Assembly: GCA_051362555.1 (NCBI GenBank)
Contig: CM120641.1
Location: forward strand, 42,166,401-42,230,400
Direction of reading: 5' to 3'
Length of the DNA: 64,000 nt
Source of the DNA: Lingula anatina
Taxonomy: Eukaryota > Animalia > Brachiopoda
In this document: piece by piece, positions 1-12,528 of the stretch
Layout: every line of letters begins with the position of its first letter
Numbering within the stretch: position 1 is the first letter of the stretch
The notes under the pieces: generated by a model
Databases searched by the model: none
What the model was told of the DNA's origin: nothing
The model's input: the letters and a program-made list of their open reading frames with translations, nothing else
Program-made: the position numbers and the translations under genes

Positions 1-214
1 TTTCACTAATATTTATAATGAGATAAACTTTCAAGTTTGATTCTTTAAAACTGATAATCAAACTAGTTCAGTTTTTTTTAAATAAAGTGCCTTTCCACTG
101 AATTGATAACAAAGAAATAATATTTAATGACTACATAACTATACAGTTAAGAAATGATTAGCTATATGCTTTTTAATAACATGTTATAATTTTTTAAAAT
201 TTACTTTGTCTCAC

Positions 215-333
215 CTTGTACTCAAATGTCCTACTGGTCTGCCAGGTATTAAAGTCTTGGACAGGCTGCTCCGGTGGCGGAGAGGCGGAGTCCGTCAATC
301 TCTTCTCCAGTTCATCAAGACGCTTTTTAATAG
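215..333 (-). CDS. tns: Tensin exon (A)IKKRLDELEKRLTDSASPPEQPVQDFNTWQTSRTFEYK
   Basis: ttcctatgcag acceptor, AAG|gtgaga donor, phase 1->0, open. Confidence 0.88.
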
Positions 334-633
334 CTGCATAGGAATACAACAGAGTATGCTATCACATGAGGGATCCACATTCATGCAAAGCTGTCAGTGT
401 GCTTTCAAGGGGTATGAATACACAGAGAGGAGTGTTATAATACCCAGTGCCTACCAGCAACATGCTGTATAACAAAATATGAACGAGAAGAAAAAGAGTC
501 GGCTGATGATCTAAAATTTCCACTGGTATCATTACATTACAGCTATGTCATTATCCTAACCTCTTTTGATCAAAACAAAAAGTTGTCAGTTGTGAGATTT
601 CCAAAATGCAATATTTCATGTTAGAGCTTATAA

Positions 634-634
<1 letters not shown>

Positions 635-681
<47 letters not shown>
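635..681. repeat. Poly(A) tract
   Basis: 47 A. Other long mononucleotide tracts at ~1426-1449 (T), ~29976-30010 (A), ~44107-44140 (T) and ~56778-56793 (G). Confidence 0.97.
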
Positions 682-684
<3 letters not shown>

Positions 685-2773
685 AAAATCTTAAGTTTCA
701 ATATGTTTTACCTCGCTGAGCAATATACTGGAACATTATCCTTAAATGTAAAATATCTTCAACTTTAACAAATTGTAGAGAAAAAAAAGACTTCCCTCAG
801 TATATTTTCAAAAAATATTACATTTGAACACTCCCTCTGTGTATTCCAGTTCCAACAAAATGGCAGCCATGGATGCAAGCTTGCGTCTGCTTGGCACTAC
901 AGCCCGATAACTTAACACTTGCACAGAAATGTTACTATGAAGGGGTTGCCCAAGCTCTCCCAAACATCAAATGTTGAGTCTATCTAGCTGTGATATCATG
1001 TGCTCAAGTTACTGATAGCAAATAAAACATCAAAGCAACTGCCAATACAATGTACTAAACCATGTGGTGATGTTATGCAAATATTGTAGCAACACCCAAA
1101 TCCTATAAGGACATACTGATAATAATAAAGAACAGCCACCAAATTAAAGAACAAAATATGATTGACCACTGACTAATAAGCAAAACCGTAACAAATAACA
1201 TATAAGCCCCTGTAACATAGACCATTTCTCCCTTTAAAACAAAGTGCATAAAACAATACATCTGCATAACAACAGAAAAAAAAGTAACAACACTGAACAT
1301 ACACATAAGCAATGGGTTCCAAAACATGTAACTTCACATCAATTACAACATCAATCATAATCAATGAAACATTTAGCATTTAGGGTGTGCTAATGGCTGG
1401 GTTTTATCAATTTGTTTCATTCGTCTTTTTTTTTTTTTTTTTTTTTTTTGTTGATATTTTTCTTTTCTCACTTCTATTCAGGGGCAGTCAAGCATCATAA
1501 TTTTCACCTGTATTCACCTTATCATGCCAATTAAAAGTGAATGAAAATGAACACAAGGTACATTGTTCTTTATCCAATGGCCTTAGTGACTTCTAACATA
1601 TCAGTTACAGCATTTGATATCAATGGAATCTTTTTTAAGACCAAACAATAGAAAAATCTAATGGTTGATTGTAACAGGTTACGGGAAACAAAACAAGAAT
1701 TGTGGAGAATAAAAAAAAAAATTGAATGTATCTCAAATGAGATAAAGTAAAATGAAAAAAGGAAATAGTGGAAATTAAGCCTGTGAGCAGTATTTTCATC
1801 ATCATGGCCAAAACATTCCAAAATCAATGTGTTCTACAGACAATTCAATTAATTTCCTAATGAGTTCAACATAAACTAATACATTAAAAATAATTTTCTC
1901 AGAGTCAAATTACAAGAAAAATTACTGCTAGGCAGACATGTTAATGGAGCTACAATGTAACTATATAAGGGCTATTCATGCTAACACCATATTTATTAAT
2001 ACATGTTTATAACTACTATGGTCTATGGTTGTTACCATATTAAGTTCTACATATAAATAAATCATTCCATATTTATGTCTACAATGTATATGAATTACAA
2101 TAGCATGCACTGAGGATATAAATATTACTGCATATGTGGTTGTCAAGATATTTAATAGCCATATTTTTTTTTGTCGGTTGCCATGGAGTTATGTCAGTAA
2201 TTTAGATGCATCAGCATAATTCCAATCCTCAGAAAATCGGAGAAACATCTCAGCCTAAAGACGATTATGAATTAATATATTAACAACCTTCAGAATACTC
2301 CAAATACCATGCCATATAGCATGCCATGCAGCCATATGGAAATCTACATATAGAGAAACATGGACCAATCACTCAATTTTGCATACGTCTTGATGAACAA
2401 TCTTGTCCTTTTTCACTTGTCCTATTTAACAATAACTTGTATGTTTTGATCCAACAATATTTATTCAAAATAATAAAGTCAATTTAATGTATTAACTGGT
2501 CCATGTTCCACATTTCATTTTTTGCAGACAATCATGGGGCATTGAATTGCTATTGCTTTTAATTCATAATTTATAATGCTCAAGCCCAAAAATTATTTTT
2601 CTTTTTAAATCTAAGAGTAAAGTAGTTGAGTATATACAATGTAAAATAACATTTTTTTCCTCTGGATTTTGTACTCTATGTATTCAAAAGCAAAACAAAC
2701 TACCACAAATGTCTGCTCAAAGATTAAAAAAACATGATGCATTATGGTGGCAGGGAGATGGGATCAATGTTAC

Positions 2774-2806
2774 CTTCTGCTTGCTCTTTGGAGAGTGGTG
2801 GGGGTT
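2774..2806 (-). CDS. tns: Tensin microexon (E)PPPLSKEQAE, 33 nt
   Basis: atttattttag acceptor, AAG|gtaaca donor, symmetric phase 1->1, open. Confidence 0.75.
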
Positions 2807-3721
2807 CTAAAATAAATCAAAATGGTGGCCATGTAAGACTCCACAAAATTCAACAAAAACAGAAACAAAAACACCTAGAAGATAAACAAGTGCTGTTATA
2901 TAAGACAGCTCTGTATTGGCAAATTATAAAACTGGCAACTTTGAAAATAGCATCAATGTTGCAAAAGTTTCTAGCGCTACTGAAAATGTCTACTGTAGGG
3001 TTCTATTGTGGTTAGCCACACACAGTTACTTTTAATGTTTATTCAGTTTTCATGCCTGTTCTGAGGAGTTTATCATTTCTACTCAACTTTTTACCAATAA
3101 TTGTTTTGGTATAACATAAATCCAAAATTTATAGCATCAGAAACTGTATAAAATGACATTAAATACTAAAAAATTAAAAAAAATTACCATAGTGGTTTCT
3201 TCTCACTTTATAAGTAAACAGACTGTGTTATCTTGTATAGTCACAGCTTATACTATTTGCAGTTTAGTTAAGTATTTCAGATCTATGCATTATTAATCAC
3301 TTCAGTTTTAATAATGGTGGTCTTAAATCATTTAAAAAATGTCACTTATAAGGAACAATGCAAATGTTAATTTTGATGTCAATTATTAGAAAAGTTCTAG
3401 TATTTAGGTTTTAGAGTGATTCATGCCAAATGTAGACTTGGTGAGGGTTACTTCTATCAGTAAGAGCTTTTTTCTTCACTAAACGAAAGTAGATAGGTTT
3501 ATATTATAATATTATGTTGATTATTAAACAGTTCTCAAGCTAGGTTATAGTTATTGCCTGAATCAGTGTTTAACTATCATATAACTCTACTAGAATGAAG
3601 GTATTAATTTAAAGTGCAAAAAGATCAACAAAAATATAAATTCAAAAGAATCCCTTAGGTTCAACAGACTGTTTATAAAAATGTAAGAAAAACATAAAAC
3701 GTAAAACCAGTGCTCCCATAC

Positions 3722-5068
3722 CTTCAGACTTGGGTTCCACCTTGGCTGGTGCCACTGGTTCCTCTACCACCTCTTCCTTCTTGTCCTCTTTCTGCTGGTA
3801 GATGTTGGTGGTATAGGTATAGTGGTGCTGGGCAGTGCTGTACCCTGCTGGTGGGGCAGGGGAGGCAGTGCGAGGGGGGGTGCTGGGTGGAGTTTGGGTA
3901 CCTTGACTGGACCATTTCATTGGTCTCTCACGGTCATGTGAGGTGTCTGAAGCCTGGCGCCGCAGTGGTTTGCCATGGGACTGCCAGTGGCGCATGCTCA
4001 TCACATTACGACTGCTGGTTCTTGCGGGGATGCTTGGCGATGTTGGACGAGGAGGCTTGGTTGCTATGGTGCCAATTGGCGGAGGTTTCTGCTTTCCAGG
4101 AGTGATGGTAACTGTGTAGGAGACTGGGTTGGTAGACTGAACAAACACACTCTTCTCAGCCTTATAGGTTGACTCTGGTGACATCTGTCGTCTGTATGGC
4201 TCAGGTGGAGCAGATGGTGGTCTGTACCTCTCAGGTGGGCGATATACCCATGGCTCAGACTTGGGGCTAACAGGCTGCGGAGAGACGGGACCATTCTGAA
4301 AAACATTTTCCCTCTTTTCTGCCTTCCTGTAGCTTTCAATGACTGCTTGTTCATCTGATTCACTCTGACGCCTACGGACCTGGTACCTATTCTGTGCATT
4401 TTTCAACTCGGCAACCAGCTGTTTCTCCTGCACTGTCCTTCTCTCTAGGTCAAGAAGATCACGACCCTCGCGACGGGCTTTCAGTTTGGCCTGCTGCTGC
4501 TGCAGCCATGACATTGGTTCCTCACTACTAGATGTGGAGCGAGTGTCATAGGTACGATAAGTCTGACTTTCAAATGTCTTGGTAGGCGTGGGGCTACGCA
4601 CTGGCGAGGGGCTGCGCACCCGGCTCTCTACCATAGAACTCTGCTGTGGTGAGATTGGTCGATAAGTGTAGGAAGAAGATCGCCCTCTATGGTCCTCTAC
4701 AACAGCATGTTCTACAGATGGGTCGTAAGTTGTGTAAGACATTTTCTTCACAGTGGTGGTCTCACTTCTAGTATAAGGATCAGGATTTGAAAAAGTCTTT
4801 GAAGTCTCCATGATGCTCTTCGATCGCCCATCTTCGCTCTGCGAGACTGACCTTTCACTGGTGGTCCAGTTGTTTCCGTCCCGTGTGGTGGTGACTTGTG
4901 GTGAACTGGGCAGCAAGGCACTCTCTCCCAGTAGCTCACTCAAGATATCATCCAGTTGTTTCTGTTCATCAATGTTGTTGTTGTTATTAGTGGTGGTCTG
5001 GTGGGACTGCTGTGTATACTGCTGGTTGGTGTGTTGGGCCACTACCATGTTGTTGCTATAGTTATGCC
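3722..5068 (-). CDS. tns: Large tensin exon (1347 nt), Ser/Pro/Thr-rich middle region with LD-like motif and predicted helical WLQQQQAKL segment
   Basis: Inside the 493-aa ORF 3642..5123; atttcag acceptor, AAG|gtatgg donor, phase 1->1; GC-richer than the flanks. Confidence 0.93.
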
Positions 5069-7393
5069 CTGAAATATACAAAAATACAATTCTATAACTG
5101 TACTTAATTACTGTCCAGGTCATGTTACTAAATGGCCTAGAAGATGGTATAAAGCAACAGTATGCTGAATATAAAAATGTTGAAAATGCTAAAAAAATCT
5201 GAAGTTCACCATTGTACCATTACAGATATATGCTGCTCTTTGAATATTTTGGTGCTGAGCACAAATTAATTCATCTCATTTACTCAAACTTTAACACTGA
5301 AAACACTGACTGAGAAAAACTTTCATCCAAGCTCCCTGTAATTCACATACAACGATAACTGCACATTATTTTTTCACACAGATATTCTTAAGATCTCAAA
5401 CTGGATCATAAATCTTAGTGCTAATGCATAAATCATATATCAGATGCTAAGAAAGATGGGGCTAATTTTTTTCCCCTAAAGGCGACCAGAAATATTTACT
5501 TTGAACATTCTGCATTTTTGTTATGATTGATGTTATTGCAACTGCCTTAAAAATAACTTGGCTTTTCTTAATATCCTTGGGCTTTTCTCTTTATATAGGG
5601 ATCTTATACTTTTATATGATGTTATGTGAACAATCTAAAGACTCTTCAAACCACACCTTCCTGGTTCATCTAATTAAAAAAATAAGTCCAACTTTCCATA
5701 AATTAAGCTCTAGTAGATTCACAATATACCTGTATCCCATGTGTTAAGTTTAATTATCAAAAATCACCTTTCCACAACATTCTGCTAAAGATGTTAATTG
5801 GTCACATCTTTTCATCAAAAATTAGATAAAATATTAGAAAGAGATTTGAAATGTCACAAAATACACATATCCACAGTTCTGCCTAAAAGTATATTTGCCC
5901 CCATAAAAGCACTCCGAATAAGGCAGACATTTGTAACACCTGGCTATCCCCTTACAACCAACCTTTACCAACAGTAGTCAAGACCTTGGGCTGAATCTTA
6001 TCCCTTATCTACTGTATAAACATAGCTACCCAATCACGTTAAAATAGAATGATAAAAAGCTGGATTCCTGACTCTATGAAATCAACAGATGTCAAAAAAC
6101 ATAAATGTCTGAAGAACTTACTGTCTAAGAAACAAGCTTTTAAAATCAGAATGAGAAGTTACATGTATCCATATGCTTCAAACACATCTTACCTTGGCCA
6201 TATTGAAGGTGGGAAGTGAGCCTGGAACCTGCTCCAGTTTACCTTTAACACTTCCACCAATAGGTAACTTCAATGTTCACCCTAACCATCAAATCTTGAC
6301 CTTCACTTCCTCTGACATTTACCACCGATCTGGCCTTTTGAAACACTCAGAATTTCATTTCATGAATTAAGGGATAAAATTACCCCATTTTTTTCTTCTA
6401 AGTGAATACACCTTAAAACCAATGAACCCCTTTTTAAGAAAACATCAACCGTAATAGCCAAGCATATGTCGATTAATTTGAAGTTATTGGGTCTTAAAGG
6501 CCGTCTGCTTGGGTAACCTTGAGTTCCTATCATATAAGGAACAGCTTGGCATACCTGGATGCCATATTATCTGCCGATCAACTAGGCAAGGAAATAACGC
6601 TTTTTTTCACTAAATAAACAGGAGCTGGTAGGCTATACAAGGTCTCATGGGTGAAGGGTTCAGAACCTGCATGCATCAGTTTCTGGATTCTGTATATAAA
6701 TTCTAAGGTTTATACTGAACTTACTATGGAACATGACTCTATATTTGATTTTTTAGATTAATAGTAGTGAAGTCAGTGTGTCAGAGCTTTTTCTTTCGCC
6801 TGCAAATATCTTTTATGATTGAGTTACCATGACAAAAATTGTTTGACCTATAATATATTAAGGCATGTTTATCAACAAATGAGAGAGAGGGAACATCTGG
6901 GAATTTCATCTTTGTTTCTGAGATATCAATGTCTATAAACATAATTTACTTCCATTAAAACATCCATGGTTTCATCCATGGTTTGTTTGGTTTTCTATCT
7001 ACAATTTAAAGGCACCTACAAATGTTTTCATAAATGGTTCTGACAATCTTATGCACTTTGAGTGTGAGCAAGAAACATTCCAAGCTTTCTTGATACCTCA
7101 AAGATAAAAGTAATTAGTCTGCCAAAATAAAGTGCAACTCATCTCCTAGAATAAACCACAGACGATGAAGCTCTGATGGAATGAGAGCCAGTATACATAT
7201 CAATTTAGGTGATCCAATTATAAGAGTTGAAGACCATCCAAAAAATATACTGGAGCATATTGTGTGAAAGCATGGTCTTCAGTGTGCTAGACATGACAGT
7301 CAGTCAGTAGTTCCATTGTGCTTGTTAAGATAATGCTTCAGATGTCCCTAAGTGTTGGTTGCCTGAGCTTGAGAGATGGACTACATTTTATAC

Positions 7394-7588
7394 CTGGATT
7401 TGAGTGGAATCCTGAGTCCATACTAAGATGATGTGGACCGTTCTGCACTGGGGCTGGTGTTCCATTAGTTGTACCATTGGTCATGCCCTTTTTCTGCACC
7501 TGCGCGTAGAGGCTACCATCCACTGGCCCTACCTCGTGGAACACATGCGACACGCGAATAGATGCAGGACGTGCATTCTCATCATGGT
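7394..7588 (-). CDS. tns: Tensin exon containing GPVDGSLYAQVQKK and SMDSG
   Basis: aatttcag acceptor, CAG|gtataa donor, phase 1->1. GPxDGSLYAxVxKK motif. Confidence 0.93.
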
Positions 7589-9297
7589 CTGAAATTGATT
7601 TCTTTCTAATTCAGCTGAGATGATTTTTATTATTGGAATGAGATAAATGATTTGACATTTCATGTGATTTTAACATTTAAAAGCAGCTGCTGTTGCTAGC
7701 ATTTATGCTGGCTAAGTAAAAGAGGAAACAGTTCAAATGGTGTAAGAAATCAAATTTTAAAATAATTTTAACTGTATGTGGAATGATCTCATACCAATGT
7801 AAGATATCTGTAAAATACAGTAAAGAACATAACAGAATATAAACATAAATTTAACTATTTTATAACCTTTTTATTCTTTAAATGTCATCATTTCAATGTA
7901 TGACAGTATTTTTATCACTAATAATACTAATCACTGAAAATAGATTCAAAGTGACATCATGAAAAAAAAAAAAAAACAAGAATAGAACAATCATGCAACC
8001 TACAAAAATGTTTCTTGTGAAGACACATTCAGAATCATACCAATTTGATATGTCAAAAATGAGCCCAAACCACACCAAAAAAAAAAATTCAAAATTCCAT
8101 GTTCAGAATTTTTGTTGTCTGGTGATGTTTATCCAAAATTAAGGTTGTACAAGACTGAATGCACCTTAGGTTGAAAAAAAAAGAGCCAAGCATAAAACAG
8201 GTAATATGTTGGAAAGCACCTGACCACCAGGAAAAATCAGTCAAGACACAACATCCAGGAGAAATTAGACGAAAAGCATTGTCAACATATTCCAATATCC
8301 ATGAAATACACATGTGAATATTTAGATGTATAAGTGTCATGCAAATAAATTCATTTAAGGGGGGAATGGCTCACACTATTAAATTATTTCAAATTGTTAA
8401 ATTTTTTATAAGACTATTCAGTGTTTTCTTTTTAATGGGTCAAAGTCAGACAGTTTGGATTTAAAAGGATTTCGTAACATTTGGAAATTAAGAAAAGCAT
8501 TGAATTTCATTCTTTAACTGACCTACATAGGCAAATGTTTTTTCAGCTGCTCAAAATATAAGGGAGTAAAAAAATTTTTACACAAATTTAGCATTAGAAA
8601 TAGTAATAATCCAGCAAAAAGAAAAATATGATGCAATGTGTTCACAACACCAAGGTTTTCACCTTCGAGGTTTACTTTCCAAAGTCAGAATATAGGGGGA
8701 AGAAGTTGGAATAAAGGCATGTCTTAGGAATGAAAGATAGATAAAACCACAAAAAAAAAAAAAAGAAATATGAAATTCCAAGATTTGAGTTAAAAGCTTG
8801 TTCAGATGTAAAAATAAGAAACCCTTTGATGTTATCAGAAGAGATTTTCTTAGTGTTACCTTTTAGATCTATCATTTCTTTAAGCTTAAAAAGGCCAACT
8901 GCAAGCATAATTAGGAGAAAATAGCAATACATCATAAATGACAAATCTCATCAAAAATGCTGTTTAAGTAATTGATTAGGAATAAATGGAAGCTTAACAT
9001 TATAGTAGCAGCTGTTAATACTTGCTTTTAATAAGTATTATAGGCAACACTGAATTGTACTAGCTTTAGATCGATATTACAGTTATTGAGTTTTATGTTT
9101 TAAGCTTATTAAGTTAATAAAATATAATTCTAGGATGAATACTTCTAACTCTACGCATCTATGTAAGTAAAAGCATGGCCAACTATGAAGCAGAAATAAT
9201 GTTTAAATATTACTCAGTTACAGCTGCTGTCATCAAAACATTAAAGAAAACACATAAATATGAAAAACAAATTATATCAACTAAACTCCCTGCTTAC

Positions 9298-9414
9298 CTG
9301 CTAAATTACCATCCTGCATTTTGTTGTTAAAGTTTTCGTAAGAATCCCATCTAACAATGGGGTTTCCTGTTTCATCTACAGGGGCTCTAGTTTCTGTGAA
9401 AAGTGCTGCATTGG
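9298..9414 (-). CDS. tns: Tensin exon (A)NAALFTETRAPVDETGNPIVRWDSYENFNNKMQDGNLA
   Basis: gtttcag acceptor, CAG|gtaagc donor, phase 1->1. PxxRWDSYENF motif. Confidence 0.95.
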
Positions 9415-10327
9415 CTGAAACATAAAATCAATGGTGAACAACTTAAATTGGTAAAAAAAAAGAGCATTCCATTTTCTAAACTTGGGTGAAGAAAAGCAGC
9501 AGTGTCCAGCAAGTCTCACCAACCCATACCCAGCTTATACATAGGTTTTAAAATGTCATGTCAAATATGCGGCTGAATAATGTCTTCATAAAATATATGT
9601 ATAATTTCTTCTTGGGGTGGGAGGTGGAGGGGTTTCAATGTAACGTTTAAGGGGTACTGGTTAGTGCATTACATTAAAAAAAAACTTTTTTTTCAGTTTC
9701 AATTAAGTAAAATTGGTTTAGGAGATACGAGGCCCTAATTAAAATGTCCCATTCAACAGAAGACATTATTTGGCCTCTTTACTGATATTTCATGGCACCA
9801 GATTATTCTACTTGTCATGATCAACAAGGCAATAAACAGCATTTTAAGCAGTTGAAGTGAGGGAGATTTGTTTGAAATTGATATTATAGTTTTCTTTGCC
9901 CCCAAAATGTTGCTATTATGTTACTAGCTCAAGTTATCAAATTCATTCCAATATATTTTTGATGCAACAGCATTTCATCATAACATGAGCATGTTTATGT
10001 CTGCATTATATAAGTAGATACAGAAAAAGTCCTAGCATATCACTCTCCATTAATATTAGCATGAGCCTCCTTTTTGCTGTGTTGCATGTTAAAGCTACAG
10101 TAAAACATATTGCAAAAATGTGAAAGCAACCATAAAAGAGCCACTTACCAAGAGCCTCCAAAATTTATGTGAACACCTTTTGTGAATGTTTTGTTTATTT
10201 TTGCATTGCAAGTAAGATGTAACATAAAGCAAAAGGAAGACAAAGATGTGCTAACAGTACTACATGTAACTCAAAATTCTCTGAAAAAGCCTAAGTTTTT
10301 AAAGGGTAAGTACATTTTTTCACTTAC

Positions 10328-10393
10328 CCCTTATCCGCTCTGGTCCTGGGGAGAAGATGAATTCCACCTGACCTGAATCAGGGAATTTAATAT
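10328..10393 (-). CDS. tns: Tensin C2 end exon (N)IKFPDSGQVEFIFSPGPERIR
   Basis: ttttcag acceptor, G|gtaagt donor, phase 1->1. Matches the tensin FPxxGxVEFxFSxGPExI motif. Confidence 0.96.
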
Positions 10394-10782
10394 CTGAAAA
10401 ATAGCAAATTAAAGAAATGTAACTTAAAACACCACTGAAGTAAATATTAACAGAAAGGACAGAAAATTATGCAATAAGCATAGGGGCAATGTCATTGGAT
10501 TTTCGTCACTAAAGAATTTCTTTCATCTCTTCAATGTTATACCAAAGATGTGAATAACTATGTTATCATTTTTTACCAAAAAGTGCTTAGTGAATTATAT
10601 ATTTTCCAATTCTATTGTCTGATCAATTAATTATAAGCTGTCCATTTAAAAATCAGATGACTATCAATATATTGTAAGACACAAAAATATATCACATCTT
10701 TGAAAAAGTTTTCCCAGACAGCCTCAGTAATCTGGCCCACGTCTGGCCCAGATCTGGCAACGTCTGGCAATATCTGGGCCAG

Positions 10783-10913
10783 ATTTTGCCAGACACTTGC
10801 CAGATCTGGGCCAAGTCTGGCAAAGTCTGGCATTTATGCCACATTTTGCCAGACATTTGCCAGATCTGGGCCAAGTCTGGCAAAGTCTGGCATTTATGCC
10901 ACATTTTGCCAGA
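10783..10913. repeat. 60-bp tandem duplication in the left subterminal region of the TIR element
   Basis: 10801-10853 and 10861-10913 are identical. Confidence 0.9.
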
Positions 10914-11085
10914 TGCTGCCCAGACTTGGGCCAGATATGGTACTTTCATTTTCAATTTTTATTTTCTATTTATTTATTTTTTATTGACCAGTGAGCTGAA
11001 TGCATTGAACTGACGTCATTTGATAAATTTTGATTTAATTTATCTCTCTCTCTTTTCTTCAAAGTCCCCTCATAAGTGTGCTATT

Positions 11086-12528
11086 TGTTTAATTTGACTT
11101 GACATTTGAATGAATTCACTGTTCTAAAACTTTTTTGAACTACTCGTTCCGCTGTTGTAAGATTCCGCTTTTTATGCTAAGCCGGTCAAGGACCCGGATG
11201 TAGCGTTTCTTAGAGTTATGGATATCAAAAAAGCACAAGCGTATCAAACTGATACATTTCGTTGAGTGATTTGATTCGTGATGCGATTTATTTCGAAGGC
11301 ATCAACACTGGAGACGAGTATTAACACTAGTGCAAAACTGTGAGCCAACTTTCTTTGAAATAATGGAGGAAAAATGTGAAATTACGGAATTCGAACCGTA
11401 CAGAAGTCCGGAGACATTAGGGTCACGCTCGACGCGATGGCTAGACAGTTTTAACCTCTTCGCTGACGGAAAAGATTGATCTTTTCAAAACCAACGGACG
11501 GCATGAATAATGAACAAAGATAGAAAATTAAAAATACATGTCAGAGGAGACACGCGCTAATGTTGTATTCAGCAGGGACAGGTGTACAAGATATTTTCAG
11601 GACTCTCCCAAACACAGGTTAGAAACATGAATATACATTAGACAGTTAACGCTTTGAATGAAATTGGAACACCAGAAACTGTGAGTATGATGAAACCGAA
11701 GTCATTTGACAAACCAAGCCAGTCTAAACATTACGAGTTTAGACATGAAAAACGAAGTAGAAACTCCCTGACTGAGAAAACATGGAACGTTGGATCACTT
11801 TGCAAAAGTCTGCAAAACTGAAACTATTATTCATGTAAATGACAGCTTTGAACATGATAATCCAGGAGTGCATATACATTTGGTGTGGGAACCAATGCAA
11901 TATACACAAAGACATGGAGGAAATAGAGGCGGTGTTAATCTCAGTGTATTACCAGATTCAGGTGCATATTGTAATATCATTGATGAAAATACATGGAGAA
12001 TGCTGAAAACCAAGAAAAATAAATGTGGCTCTTGTGGAGGACTAGAAAACAAACAGTATTATTCATACACGTCTGAGAAACCTTTAAAAGTGAAGGGAAC
12101 ATTTGAATGTGACGTAAAGGAAGAGACCAGTAGTAGTGAAAGGACATGGGATTTGATATGAGTTGATAAGTTTTGAGAATTTTCAGTGTGGTTTAAGGAA
12201 TAAAAGTTGGAGTTCATATGCTATTCTTCTAATGTTTGAAAGGACATTTTAAAGACTGAACTGTCAATAAACATGTTTTGAAAGGGCCGTTTCTCTCCAA
12301 GAAAGGAAGGGATGTTGTGTTTTGACTTGACATTTGAATGAACTGTTGTTAACTTGGTAGAGTTACTTGTTCCATATTGTTGATTCCTTTAATAATTATA
12401 AGCTTGTAAAGGAGCCGGATGTATCATTTCTAAGTGTTATGGATTTGAAAAAAGCGCAAACATTGCAAACTGGTTCAATTCATTGAGTGATTTGATTCAT
12501 GATGTGATTTAATTCAAAAGCATTGATA
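11086..12528 (+). mobile_element. Internally deleted, degenerate Gypsy-type (Mag-like) LTR retrotransposon
   Basis: Two ~220-bp diverged direct repeats (11086-11307, 12313-12528). PBS-like tggagacgag at 11309-11318 and polypurine tract aagaaaggaaggga before the 3' LTR. Gag and protease remnants lie between the LTRs. Confidence 0.85.
11363..12161 (+). pseudogene. Gag and aspartic protease remnants of the LTR element
   Basis: MEEKCEITEFEPYRSPETLGSRSTRWLDSFNLFADGK*, then RRRHALMLYSAGTGVQDIF (Gag-like), HFAKVC (zinc-knuckle tail) and VLPDSGAYCNII (retropepsin DSG). Stops and frameshifts present; no RT or integrase. Confidence 0.8.

Noticed and set aside
3710-5061. Antisense and alternate-frame ORFs over the large exon (likewise 14583-15614 and 19254-19479)
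   Set aside because: Shadow ORFs of GC-richer coding exons, with no independent evidence.
10627-11013. Stack of overlapping ORFs and CRISPR-like palindromic repeats (also 13213-13612)
   Set aside because: These are subterminal repeats of the TIR element. There are no unique regular spacers and no cas genes, the context is eukaryotic, and the ORFs arise from stop-poor repeats.
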